Assembly: GCA_976551045.1 (NCBI GenBank)
Contig: CDPCPM010000148.1
Coordinates: 3,100,001-3,164,000, forward strand
From: Glaucostegus cemiculus
Lineage: Eukaryota
Direction: 5' to 3'
DNA: 64,000 nt
Both the position numbers and the translations under genes were made by a program. Position 1 is the first letter of the stretch, and every line of letters starts with the position of its first letter. This document shows, one piece after another, positions 37,620 through 50,257 of this stretch. Below the pieces are notes generated by a model. The model was not told where the DNA came from. It was given only the letters and a program-made list of their open reading frames with translations, and ran no database searches.

Positions 37620-39265
37620 ATCCTGGACTAAAAACACCAGCTGTTGGAAATACTCCGCAGGTCAGGCAGCGTCTGTGGAGGGAGCAACCAGAGTTCATTT
37701 TACAGGTCGATGAAATTTCATCCAGAACTCATGGTCATTCAGGAGGAGCAACACCATTCCCATTTGGTACTCCACAACCGATGGCCTGAACACTGAATTA
37801 TCCAATTCAGTTTAACTAATCCACCTTTGTCCCCTCTCTCTCTTCTCCAGATCCACTCCGTTACTGGTCCACTGACCCCAATCACCTGGCTTTCTTCCTC
37901 TCCTCCAGTTACTCCACCTGATCATCGCCCACACACTCCTTCCACTGCTTTCCATCCTCTCAGGATTCCTACCTGTCCTCGCCACCTGTCTCAGTCAATG
38001 TTACGCTCCACCTTTCTCTTCTTATAAGATTTCACCTGCTGCAGCCCAATGCTGCCCCCACCTGTCACCGCCCAGCCTCTGCACAGACATTCATTCTTCC
38101 GTCCTCCATCTGCCCATCACCTCTCCTCACCTGGATGCACCTATCGCTTGCTAGCTCTCACTCCACCCTTTTCCTGCACCTTTTCCAACCAGCTACCTTC
38201 ACTGTACTTTTCAATCCGGGTGAATAACTGATGACACCAAGATTGGTGGAGAAGTGGAGAGACAGGAAAGTTACAGAGAGACTTGGATAGTCTGGGAGAA
38301 TGGGCGAAGAAATGGCTGATGAAATTCAATGTGGAGAAATGTGCAGTCCTACACTTCGGAAGTAGAAATAAAAGGACAGACTATTATCTAGCAGGAGATA
38401 AAAATGGAACTACTGAAGCACAAAGGGACTTAGGGGGCTTGTACAGGATAACCTAAAGGTTAATCACCAGGTCGGGTCGGAGGTAAGGAAAGCGAATGCT
38501 ATGTTGGCATTTATTTCCAGGGGTTTTGTATATGAAGGCAAGGAAGTGTTGATGAGGCTATATGGGGCACTGATGAGGCCTCATTTGGAGTACTGTGTAC
38601 AGCCTTTGGCCCCATTTCTTAGGAAGGATATATTGATGTTGGAGAGGGTTCAAAGGAGATTTACGAGGACGATTCCTGGGATGAACAAGCTTACGTATGA
38701 TGAACGACTGTCGGCACGTGGACTGTACTCGTTGGAGTACAGATGAATGAGAGGGGACCTAATAGAAACGTACAAAATGTTGAACGGACTGGACAAAGTG
38801 GATGTGGCCAAGCTGTTGCACTTGGTGGGGGAGTCCAGGACCAGTGGGCACAACCTTATTATTGGAGGGTGCAGGTTTAAAACAGAGATGAGGAGGAATT
38901 TCTTGAGCCAGAGGGTGGTGAATTTATGGAATTCCTTGCCACAGAACGCAGTGGAGACCAGATCATTGGAGATATTCAAGAAAGAGATAAATAGATATCT
39001 AATTGGTGGAGGTATCAAGGGATCGGGAGATAAGGCTGGAATTTGGAATTAGTATAAATTGTTTTATCATCTTCTCTCCCCCCCACCTTTTTCCACACTC
39101 CCATTTCCCTTTGGAGCAGACTCGACGGCCCGTGTGGCCTACTCCTGCTCCCTTGTCTTATGATCTTGTGATCTTTTCCTTCCACAGGTGCTGCTTGACC
39201 CGTTGAGTTCCTCCAGCATCTTGTCTGGTGCTCCAGATTCCAGCACCTCCAGTCTCCTTTTGTCT
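37620..39265 (+). mobile_element. Penelope-like element 3' part (GIY-YIG C-terminus plus terminal repeat), split by a CR1 insertion
   Basis: gaggagcaacacc..ttggtactccacaaccgatggcctgaacactgaatt resembles EEQHL.F.LGTLQP.GLN.EF. The tail at 39175-39260 has an inverted copy at 37630-37720. Confidence 0.7.
38215..39170 (+). mobile_element. CR1 LINE 3' portion
   Basis: DDTKIGG; ORFs 38501..38746 (RPHLEYCVQ) and 38747..39052 (RGDLIETYK..RVVNLWNSLP); 3' UTR. Confidence 0.92.
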
Positions 39266-42200
39266 CCATGTCACTCCACGTCAGATCAAGAGAGGGGCTG
39301 GAGTACTGGGAAAGGCTTCGTATCCAGACAGAATACCGGCTGCAAGAATAAAGACCGGTGTCCCAGAGATAGCTGTGTCTCCAGCAACGTTGTTCCAGTA
39401 CCATTGGATCACTGAAATTTCAACAACAGTAGAAAATTACCCAGGTACTTTCTCAAAAAGCAGGTCACATCGCACCAGGCGAATGATCATCCACACTGTC
39501 TGCTTTCAATCAGCAGCTAGCTGATGCAAGCAGTCGTCGTCGACATCTTCCAAGACCCAGACACCAATTCACCTTGTGTTGGGCTGAAATGAGAATCGGC
39601 ACCTGAAACATTTTCTGGTTAAATAATACACATTCCACTGTATAAAACATCACCTATCAAGGCATTGAACATTTATTAGATGCCCTTTCGAATGATTGAT
39701 ATGTGGGTTCATATACGAGCCCTACTTTTTCCCGCCAGTCCTCGAATGCTAAACGTAATTGATACCACACGAAGCCGGAGAGACCTATCACACGGTAAGA
39801 TATTGGCTTGTTTCTCCTCTGAACAGCCGTGATCCAGGTTGGGAATGTGGATGTTACGGCAGCGTCAATCACTCATCCACGTCCTGGTACTTGCCGGTTC
39901 TTCTTCGCGACTGTCCTGATCCAGACTGTTTGATGCATCGGAAGACAGCTCCAGTCGCACAGGGAGAAGCGGGTGTTTGAAGTTCGCTGGTTCGGACCGA
40001 TCGATGAGAGCCTGCAGACCCTCAAGAAACACAGGGTAATTTACCTTGAAATTATACTCAGGCTGTTGTTACAGTTTGTTGAAACCAGAAGAATTTATGT
40101 GTATATTCTTTTCAAAAACAATGAACCTTTCTCTGCGTTACATTGTCCCAAGTGGGACTGTTGTATTCCATGACTATCTTCCATTATAACGTCTTCAGGA
40201 TGTCCCAGATCCAGCAATACTCAGCAACTTTTCCATAACTTTCCTTCTTCCCGCAAGCCCGAAGTCGCGATGATCGCTAATGATTTCTCAATATGCTCTT
40301 TACTTCCCGAATGAGACAGCCCATGTCTGTCTGCGCCATCACCAAGGCACAGTCAGCAGCTTCTTATCAGTCGCTCACAATAAAGCCGGGCAATGTCAAT
40401 CTCAACAAAAAAAAGCCAAGCTGCACTTTCTTAACTACCAGCAACCGTTCGTTCTCAGATTTCATGGATTTGGCAAGCTCCACCTATCTCCCATTCTGCC
40501 ATTAAATTTCTTCTGCCTTCTCCATCACAAACTTTTCCTTCGCTTTTCTCCCCGCCTCTGTCCATTCTCCGCAATTCAAGACGACTTTATTTCCTGAAGT
40601 TTCAGTGTTGTCATTCAAGTTTTAAGAAGGAAAAATGCTGTGTAACTGCCAGTACACGGCTCGGTCTGCGGAGAATGTCCAGCATTTATTGGTCTTTTCC
40701 TTGTATCATACGGGGAGCGCCGATCTCTCCGAATGTTAGATTCATTCCGTGAATGTAAATCACCAATAGCATCTGTAGTCTGCTGCAACTGCTGAGCCTT
40801 GGATTCGCACCCGTCCAATGGATCCTTACTTCTGGATGAGTCATCCTGTCAGTCGATTTTCGACCCTTTTGAACAATAAAATAGAATCTGTAGCCCCCAC
40901 TACCACGGCATTGCATTCCCGACCTCAGACATTCCCTGTGTACAAATGCCTTCTTTAATATTTCTGCTAGTTTCGGTTATTTTGCCAGTCACCTTTATTC
41001 CGTATCGCCCGGTCCTGGCCCCTTTCTCACAATGTTAACAGCTTCTCTCACTCGTGACTTTAAATATCACTCGAAGAATTCCTCGGAATCTTTACAATTC
41101 TAAGGAGAATACTGGGCTCTTCCACTCTGTGCAGATAACTTAATTGCTTCATCTCTGGCAGAACTTCCGGTTGATTTTTTCTTGCACCCTCTCTCATATC
41201 TTTGTAGTTTGCTGAAGCGTGGCGCACAGGCATGGACACAAAACTCCACCTGTTGGATCGACACCCAGTGGATTGTTAATGTTCATGCCCGTCTTGTGCA
41301 GCAAGTAGCCTTTTTGACTTCATAATGAATTGGAACACAGAAAATTACAACACAGGAATAGGCACCAAATTAATTAAACAAGTAGTTAAATGACTAAATT
41401 ATCTCATACCTGCTGCTCACACAATGTCCACATCCCTCCATCCTTTTCAAATCCTTGCATCTATCGACGAGTCTCTGAAACACCCCTGACGCATTTGCTT
41501 CCACTACCGCCACTGGCAGCGCATTCTGGGCACCCACCATTCTGTGCAAAACAAAACGTACCCCACACATTTCCTTTGAACATACCGCCTTTCACCTTGG
41601 GGGGGATAATTAAGGAGGGATCTTTTCCAAGTCTTTTTTTTGTGGTGTCCTTTTGAATTTTTGTTTAGTCTGGCAGAGGGTGTTGCTGTATTTGATTTGA
41701 GTTCCAGTCTGTACCTTGCCTTAAATGGGGGTGTATTAGAATGTGCGGATCACTACATTGCTGCGAGTGTTTTTATTTATTCTGTTTCCTGGAATATCTA
41801 GTTATATTCCTGATCCCAGGATCTGTCACTCCCAGTCCCTTGTACAGTGAATATGTGGACGCTATTCATTGTCCACCAGTCTCGGGTTGTGTCTGACAAT
41901 GAGAGACTGTGAAAGTGAGTTTCATGACTTTTAATGTCTCCCAGTGACGTTAGGGACGTTGCCCTATCTATGCAACAAAGAATCATTGCAATAATGTTCA
42001 CACTGCTCTGTGATCAGAGACTGAACACGATACCGCGGACTCGCGTATTATAAGGGACCAATTGAATCACATTTTTGGACAATTAATGAGCTCTGTCGCG
42101 ATCTCAGTAAGCGCAGTTTAAGTTCTTCGTGAACCCTTGGTGAGGAGCCTTTCTGCGGCCTTACATTTTCAATAGGATTGTGCACACGATGGACCTCAGG

Positions 42201-43684
42201 ATGTAACAATGAAGTCAGTAATTCTGGATAACTAACATTCCGCTCTGTTTCGGAACTGGACGTTTCTGGAGAAGTACAATCACAAAATGCCATGCAGTCA
42301 GCAGGCGAACCCAAGCTTTCACATGACGACTATTTTATTCCTGCATCCCGTTCCCACGTGGAACTTACTTTGATCTCTTGCCCTGCTTTACCAATGTTAG
42401 AGGAAACATATCACTTGAGGAAATTTCCAGCTTTCAGGGCTTTCTATTGAATTGAATAAATTCGGGTAACATCACTCATCTGTTATGTGATACTGACTAA
42501 ATTCTCTCTCCACTGACACGGGCCAACTGGTTGGCCATTTTGTTCGGTGCCACAGTTCAATGTTTCACATGTGTTTTGCTAGTCATGGAGTCATCGAGCT
42601 ATCGACTGATGCAATGGAGGATCAAGCCATACGGCGCACTAACCATTTATATTATTTATAATCTACCAACACCTCTCCACAGGCTTCCAATCCTTGGCGA
42701 TTCAACTGCTTGTCTGGATGCTTGTTAAATGTTCTGACAGTTTCTACTCGGTAGTAGGTTCCATATACCAGCCACATCCAACCTCATAATCCTTAGATCT
42801 CCCCTGTAATCCGTGAACCTTACTCTAAAACTAAATCCTCCCAGCATATCCGGGCTCACATAATTTCGTCTACACTTTTACCAGGTTCCACTTAGCTCCC
42901 ACCCCATCCCCAGCACCGCCTCCGCTCTAATGTCTGATTCAGAGATAACGTTTTAAGGAAAGGAGCAAAAAGTCCTGGGAATGTAGAAAATGTAAGAACT
43001 TTGCGTGGTGTGTAGAATCTTAAAAGGATGATATTAGCGTGGGGGTTCTGATTGCTAAAAGTAACAGGAAGGGTCAAATCAGGGTTTTAAGTCAGAGAAT
43101 ATATTTTCATCGCCAACTGACACGAACAGAGAGAGGTTACTCTGGAACAATAACAAAACAAACATAAGCAAGATCACAGCTTGTGCCTTTCTCGTCACCA
43201 TACCGCTAAAATAACGAGGTTGTTCTGGAGGAGTTGCAAAGATTTTTTTTTTTTTTTTTTTGAGAATGTTAAAAGAATTTAGTTGGGAAACAATAAAAAA
43301 TAAGCAATGGTAATTTGATTCTTCCACAGGCATTTACAATAAAGAATGATCTTAATAGAGTGAAATCTGAAGGACAAGGTTCTTTCAAATGAGCACAAAA
43401 ATAAAACGTGGGTTGAACTTTTCCAACCTTGAGAAATTGGCTGCAGGTTTATTTGGGTTATTCAGTCTTTGGGTAGAAATGCCGACCTTCATTTCGTCGG
43501 CTGCTTCCTATCTTTGGGTGCGGGAGGGGGATTGGGTTCTTTCTTTGGAAGCTGTTTTGGGCCTTTAGCCAAGTCTATTCCCAGTTAATTTATCTGAATG
43601 TCCAGCGTCTTATCGGAATCTACATCTTAATATGGCTTGTATATTACCTTGTTCAGTATTCACAGTTTAACATCATTAAAAGTG

Positions 43685-43950
43685 ATCGAGTGATTAATTT
43701 AATGAGCTTTGATGTTGAAGGGCTAAACCATCCTGTTAAACGAAACAAGATTTTTGCGTATTGTAAAACACTCAAAGGTTCAATTATTTTGTTACAAGAA
43801 ACTCACGAACGTAATTGTGATACGTTACGTGTTTTTAGCCGATGGAGAGGGAGACAACACCATTCTTCTTTCGGGCTAAATCCAGAGGGTTTCACTTGTT
43901 AGGGTGTAGGTTACTATTGCTGAAAGTCTCTCTTCAAGATAGGGCATTGT

Positions 43951-44027
<77 letters not shown>

Positions 44028-44075
44028 GCTTACGTCAATAGAGGATAAATGACGTTGTTGAAGAAGTTTGTCAGA

Positions 44076-44107
<32 letters not shown>

Positions 44108-46240
44108 GGGGACCAGGCTGCTAGTTTCTCTATTGTATGGATGAGAAAAATTAACTGTGTCTGTCACAACAATCCACGTCTGGATTTTTGGAGTAATCTG
44201 GTGGAATCCACTTTGAAATGAACGTGTATAGGGAAACAGGTATTTGTGAGGACGGTTACGTCTCGGATGCTTTTCAGGGTGGCAGATGTTCCTGAACAAA
44301 GTCGTGGAGTTCACTTCGCTGTTGACCCGTAAAAGGAAACAGGATGGCCACGATTTGGAGGGTTTTTGGGGTGAGGAAGTCACTACCAAGTAAACACTGA
44401 GGTGTCGTTTGGGTTCCAAAGTGGAATATTTGGACTTCGTAATGACTCTATATTCTTTCTCTGCATCTACGTTTTATCTTCAGTCAACATGGTTTTGAAG
44501 AAGCCTTTGCTCATGTTTCATCTCACGGCTTGCTGAACTGAACTTTGAGAATTATTCTTGGACTTTGAGTTTAGGAGTTTGCCACCCGCACACTACGAGT
44601 TTAGTTATTGTGGTTAATGTATAAGTTTTAACATTTTTACTTCGAATACACTAATATTTTTACTTTTATTTTTCTTATTATTATAAGTAGCTATCAATAA
44701 AGTAGGTCTTAACACTGAATGATAACTTGGTGCTTTTATTTTGTTGCTGGTTCGTAAAACAATATTTGTAGAGAATACTGTTTCACTTGTTCAACATAAG
44801 GTACTAAGGAACACGAATGGTTGGTTTGCTGCGCAATCTGGGAAGCTAGGTAATGGACTAATGGCATTTGCCAATATTTACGCTCCAAATACGGACGATT
44901 CAGGATTTTTGAACGAAGTTTTGGCACTTTTGATGATTTGAATCTTTACTCTCTGGTTCGAGGAGGATATTTTAATTGTTGGTTATATTCGAGATTAAAT
45001 AGGTCATCAACTAAACCAGCAGCTCTTGATCAATCAGCTTTATTTATTCAATATTTTAAAAAGAAAACTGGCGTTACTGATGTCTGGTTTTTTTTTTACA
45101 TCCAGATGATAGAATATTCATTTTCTTCTCATGTTCATCAAGCATATTCCAGGATTGATTATTTTTATTGATCGTCACTTGATTTCATCAATCCGATCCT
45201 GTGAATATGAAGAGAATGCTGTTTCGGATCGTAGTCCTGTGTTTTTACCTTTAAACCTTTCCGGACTCCGGCAAGTAAACCGTTCCTGGCGATTTCATCT
45301 AACTTTGCTACCTGATAATTTTTTTGGACAAACAAATCACTTTCTTTTTTAAAGGAAATACCCCGGGGGAGACTTCTCGTCCTCTTCTCTGGGATGTTTT
45401 CACAGCCGAAATTCGAGAGCAAATTATTTCTTACGCTGCAAGCGTTCAGTTAAAAAGCCAATACGGAGAAGATTGATTTAGCCAATCAACTGAAACATTT
45501 AGACCAAACTTTAGACCACTTTATATAAAAGGCGAGTTGAAATTAAAACCAAATTCGATCTCCTTTTAACATATTCAACTGAGAATCAACTCTTAAAAGA
45601 TAAAACTCAATTTTATATCCATGGCGATGAAACAGGTAAATTATTGGCTTATCAATCAAAAACCTTGAGATCTAGACGGCAAATTGAACAAGTTCGGAAA
45701 CATAATGGACAAAGGACAACAGATCATTTCTAAATAAATGATACTTTCAGAGAATTCTATTCTGAACGTTATAGTTATGATTCTCCTAAAGAAGATACTG
45801 ACATGAATATTTTTTGACCAATTAAATATTCCTACACTCTTTATAGGTCACCAAAAATATCGAGACAAATTTATTACCCATGAGGAAATTGCCGTGGTTA
45901 TACGATCAATGTACTCTGAAAAGACACTGGGCCCTGATGGATTTCCGGGAGAATTTTATTAGGCTTTCTCTTCATTTATTACAAATCATTTAACTTCGGT
46001 TTCTTTCGGATTCTTTTAAACTGGGAAGGTTGCCACAATCCTTTTATGAAGCTACCATTTCACTTATTCTTAAGAAGAACAAAAATCCACCGGAATGTTT
46101 TTCATTTAGACCAATTTCTTTATTAAATGTTGATGTCAAAATTTTATCTCAGGTTTTGACTGGTAGATTCGAAAATTTTTTATCATTAATTATATCCCAT
46201 GGTCATACAGGGTTTATAGAAAACTTTTATTTTATTAGGC
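43685..46240 (+). mobile_element. Degenerate L1 ORF2 (APE endonuclease and start of RT), interrupted by a solo LTR
   Basis: Motifs SFDVEGLNHPVKR, LQETH, NIYAPN, GGYFN, YSRIDYF, LGPDGFPGEFY and SFRPISLLNVDVKIL, with many stops and frameshifts. Confidence 0.9.
43897..44759 (+). mobile_element. Probable solo LTR (Gypsy-like) containing (TG)n and (GA)n tracts
   Basis: Termini TGTTAGG...CGTAAAA form an imperfect inverted pair; 4-bp TSD CACT/CAAT; AATAAA at 44696. Removing it rejoins the L1 endonuclease (SRG.S|IFVE). Confidence 0.7.
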
Positions 46241-46259
46241 ACCAGTATCTTCTACCTTA

Positions 46260-46590
46260 TGGAAAAGAGAGAATGCCCTGGATGAGTGGGGTCTTTGATT
46301 ATGCTGGCTGCTACACCAAGACAAAGACAGAGTCTAAGGAGGGAAGGCTGGTATCCCTGGTGGGCTGGGCTGTGTTTACAACTCTCTGCAGCTTCCTGCG
46401 GTACTGGGCAGAGCAGTTGTCATTCCAAGCCGTGATACAACCAGATAGGATGTTTTCTATGGTTCACCAAAGGTTGGTGGGAGACAAAGGGGACAAACCA
46501 ATTTTCTTTAGCCTCCTGAGGAAGGAGAGACGCTGGTGAGCTTTCTTGGCTGTGGTTTATACGTGGTTTGACCAGGACAGGCTGTTGGTG
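46260..46590 (-). mobile_element. Rex1/L2-like LINE fragment
   Basis: Reverse strand encodes KKAHQRLSFLRRLKK.GL and A..RRKLQRVVNTAQ-type motifs. Confidence 0.7.
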
Positions 46591-47193
46591 TGAAAATGTG
46601 TATAAAGTACTCGAAAAGTGAGGAGAGTAAAAGATTGTGAGCCCTGAGACGTGAATTAAAGGGTATATCATTATGGCTGTAATACGACTGCTTGAAGTAG
46701 CTGTGCTTCGCTTTGCACTGCCTTGCTTCGGAAATTTTGCTTGCTTCAGCTTGTTTTCTGCAGCCTTAAGGTATGAGAAGCAAGTCTAAGCAAGTCTGCA
46801 TAATTGACTTTTGCTTCACTGAACTGACCATGAGGAACCTGTATACAAAGTTAATCAATGGAGCCAGATGGCCGGAAAAATGATTAAGGAACTCCAGTTT
46901 GCCTTAAAAAAGATAATATTTTAAGTAACAGTATCAATGAATTCCTTTGTCTGTAACCAATCACGATGTAGAAATTAAGTGCCATGCTGCCTGGCTGATG
47001 CATGATCATCCCTAATATGGTACTCGTTTGCACCTCTGAAAAAGTACAACGATGTATGTAGCTCAATGTATTGCGGAGACCACTTGAATCGGGACATATG
47101 TGTCTGGTTTGGTGTTCTCCCATCGGATCAAGTAATAAAGAGTTTGAACGAGAACAGTGGTCTTTTGAGTTTTCTCTCCTACCGAATTAGATA
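46591..47193 (+). mobile_element. ERV 5' LTR (copy 2)
   Basis: Colinear with 2572-3159; AATAAA at 47134-47139; followed closely by a primer-binding site. Confidence 0.85.
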
Positions 47194-47197
47194 ATTT

Positions 47198-47215
47198 TGG
47201 CGAGCCAGCCGAGAG
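47198..47215 (+). other. Retroviral primer-binding site complementary to tRNA-Arg(ACG)
   Basis: TGGCGAGCCAGCCGAGAG versus expected TGGCGAGCCAGCCAGGAG (16/18, recalled tRNA 3' end), 4 nt after the LTR. Confidence 0.85.
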
Positions 47216-47429
47216 TCCAAACAGCACCCAGCCGTGAACCGGTGTAAGTGAAAGAAAGAGAAACTCGTGATTGGAGATGAGACGGGGCCACAGGGCGATT
47301 TGTCCCTGGTCTCCTCTCAGCCGCGATTCTGTAACTCTTCCCCCTTCGATATCCGACTGGAGTGATCTGAAGACTCTAAGAATCCGAGAAGAGAAATCGA
47401 TCGGTAAGCCCTTCTTATTTTAGTATTAT

Positions 47430-47595
47430 TAATTCAGCTTGGCGCAGGCCGGGGTAACCAGGCCCTACCTGCTGCCAACAGTTACTGAATCTGGCTCGTC
47501 GCAGGACGGGGTTAACCAGGCCCTACCTGCTGACAACAGTTACTTAATCCGGCTCGGCTCAAGAAGTGGGTAACCAGGTCCTACCTGCTGACAAA
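47430..47595 (+). repeat. Tandem repeat of about 58 bp (about 2.7 copies) in the ERV leader
   Basis: The core ggg(t)taaccagg(c/t)cctacctgctg(c/a)caa occurs three times. Confidence 0.85.
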
Positions 47596-47866
47596 GGTTT
47601 GAACGATTCGATTAGGCGCTGAGAGACCAAAGCAGACCTCATCGGCCGTTAATTATTGAGATAAGAGAACGAATGGGGGATTTCGGTCCCCGATAAGACC
47701 CGGTAAAGAGTTGAAGGTAAAAGATTGTGAGCGCTCGGCGAAAAGAGAAGTGGGGGAAGAGATAAGAGTCACCGAAACAGCAGCCTGCCTTAGACCGGTT
47801 GTTAAGAGGGGCAATTCCCCACGCGAAGGTTAGCGTCTGAAGTGGATGTCGAAGTAGAGTGACAAG

Positions 47867-48975
47867 ATGGGTCAAACTTCAGACAAAGGGGATGTTGAAG
47901 CACCCTTGCGAAAATTGTGTAAAGGAAATCCAGATCGAGAAAAGGGGTTTCGCCCACTTAGTGCACGATTGAACAAGAAATTGGGGGAATGCAATTGGCC
48001 ACTGGGGGGAACTTGGGATCTAGAGAAATGTACGCGCGCTGAATCAGTGGTTCGGAAAACAATTTGTTCGCAAAACTGTAAGGATCTCATTACTAAATGG
48101 AAAGGGGTGGCAGAGAAATTGACTGAGAAATCTAAACAGTCCTCTGAGGAAGCAAACGCTAAAAGGACATCTCTATTACAGATGACCAGGGTACACCCCG
48201 TCCCTATATAGTCCTTATAGCCTTGTGTGAATTGTATGATAAAAATGGAATTAAAGCAAAGAGTAAACTGGTAAACGAAAGACGCCTTTGGAAATGTCTG
48301 GACTTCAACTACTTTTTGAGAGTGGGGAAGACACCGATATGGAGGAGGTAATTGTCTCCGCCATCCCTTACCCCAGGATGCGGATGTTCACCTATTGTAT
48401 CCCCAACGTCCCACCTTGTCACAATCAGAGGAACAGAGAGCTGAGAAAGATCAACTTGGCAGGGAGAACTTCTTTGACCCCATCGCTTGTTGTACGAGGT
48501 CTCGTAATAATAAGAGAAACCTTCAAACTCCCCTGGGAAGTAACTTTGGAGGGGAAGACTCCCCAGGCTACAAAGCCCAAGACTACCGCAAACCATCATC
48601 AGACCTTGACACCAAACTTCATGCAAGTCCATAGCAAACCCACAGGGAAGGGAGTGCATTTAATCCGCCCTGAGAACGGGGAGAATAGCGACCCTATGGA
48701 TACGGACTCAGATATAGACGATGACCATTCGGAGAGGCATTGGCCAGAACGGTCCCCTGCTCGGCCATACCTAATTGGAAGTGGCACGTTGGAAAAACCT
48801 CGGAAGTCCACGGATAAACTACAACATCCCATACGAAGGGCTCCAAACGAAGGGACAAGATGGTCGGGGTGACACTGTTGGAGTATCTAACCCCTGGAAC
48901 CCCCAGGAGACGTATATGATCATGAATGGGCCCCCCCGACAGGAAAGCAAAACCCGAGGGTTTTATTGAAATGCG
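47867..48975 (+). pseudogene. gag: Degenerate retroviral gag (matrix to start of capsid), class I (gamma/epsilon-like)
   Basis: MGQTSDKG has a myristoylation-type start and WPLGGTWD resembles the gammaretroviral matrix WP..GTF motif. PIRR..PWNPQE resembles a capsid start. Broken by frameshifts; no pol seen. Confidence 0.78.
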
Positions 48976-50187
48976 GGACGTTCGCCGAAAGGCTTTGGCG
49001 CATCTGTCAGTCCAGTCTGTAGTTGTCTCCTGCTCTGGCAGTTTGCGAACATTTCTTCCCAGTGACGGAGACAGAGTTATGCTGGTTCTATGTTTGTTAA
49101 TATTGTTTGACAGTAAGATGAAAAAGAGCAATAACCAAAGTTCTGACGTCAGTGAAGTTACTTGAATATACCCTGACTGTCAGAGAGAAAAAAAATGCAA
49201 AGTGTCATACTCTCACCGCAAATCTTGGACTCCACTTCTGATTACAAATCCAAATAACGATCATTTGTAATGTTGAATGTATCTTCCGTAATCCCTTCGA
49301 AATGTCACATACCGCGCCGCAAAAGCCGATGAAGTGACTGGCGAACGGCTGGGGACCTCGCTCTTCCGAAATTATTATTTTATTGGAGACGAACGTCCGG
49401 AATTGTAAAAAGAAGGCTTGCAAGATATTGATATATCTTGTCAAAAATACACCGGGAATCTGCAGCCCAGACTGAAACTACCGGAGAAGCTGGGAATGAT
49501 AAGAGGATGAGACAGTATAACCATGGACACACGGCTGGACGGGGGACGGGCGGCGGGTAGGCATTTAGGCTGAGTGTGAGGAGGATTAATTTGCGAGCTG
49601 ATGGGTTTGGGTGGCAGTTAGCGGTCAGTGTGTTAATTATCCCTCTCATGCTTATTGATCTCGTTACTGGAGTTTCAGTCATACTGGACCCTACCATTTT
49701 GATCTTGCCCACGCCTTCATTCGCCTGGTCCAGCTCCACCCGCCTTATTCATTGTTAGATATCTTCAGAGGGTGAGATAGGAGTCCCAGATATTGTTGTA
49801 TGAGTGCGTGAGGTGCAGGGAGTTGGCGTTGGGGGTGTTGACTGGGTTTTGTCGTCTGTTGGCTGGGGTTTGTGGGGTGTTGATTCGCAGTTCTAACACT
49901 ATCCCTAACCTGGAACAAAAGAAAACTGGAACACCCTTCGACGGAACTGAAAAGACGGTCAAGATGTTTTCGTTCATTGTCGCAGAGCTCCGTGTTATTT
50001 TTTTCCGTTGATTCCGCTCAAACATAACACGATAAATAATGCTGATATACCGGGATACTGAGCTAAATTGTAAACAACAAAGTAAATACCATATGAACGA
50101 AAGTGAAGGCACGTCACGGCAAACTGATCAGGCCCTTGCGTAACAGCAGAGGTGTCCAAAGAAATAGTAACTAGATCCATAACTTAC

Positions 50188-50257
50188 CGGGAATACCAGT
50201 TACCGCAAGTATAGGATAGTAAATGCTGGCTATGTCGTAAATTGCCGGATATCCCAT
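50188..50257 (-). pseudogene. Orphan coding exon 1 of GPCR copy D; no receptor exon 2 recognisable downstream
   Basis: MGYPAIYDIASIYYPILAVTGIP + G|GTAAG, 70 nt, with TATAAAT upstream. I saw no GPCR-like sequence on the minus strand in the gap-free interval 33400-50187. Confidence 0.75.

Noticed and set aside
41798-42001. VNIIAMILCC on the minus strand as the missing exon 2 of copy D
   Set aside because: The resemblance covers under 10 residues, with no following RG.CG, TM2 or DRF motifs.
2561-47193. The two LTRs as the 5' and 3' ends of one 44-kb provirus
   Set aside because: Each is followed by its own leader and gag, so both are 5' LTRs of separate copies.
47430-47595. CRISPR-like repeat-spacer array
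   Set aside because: The units are contiguous and similar throughout, with no unique spacers, and they sit in a eukaryotic ERV leader.
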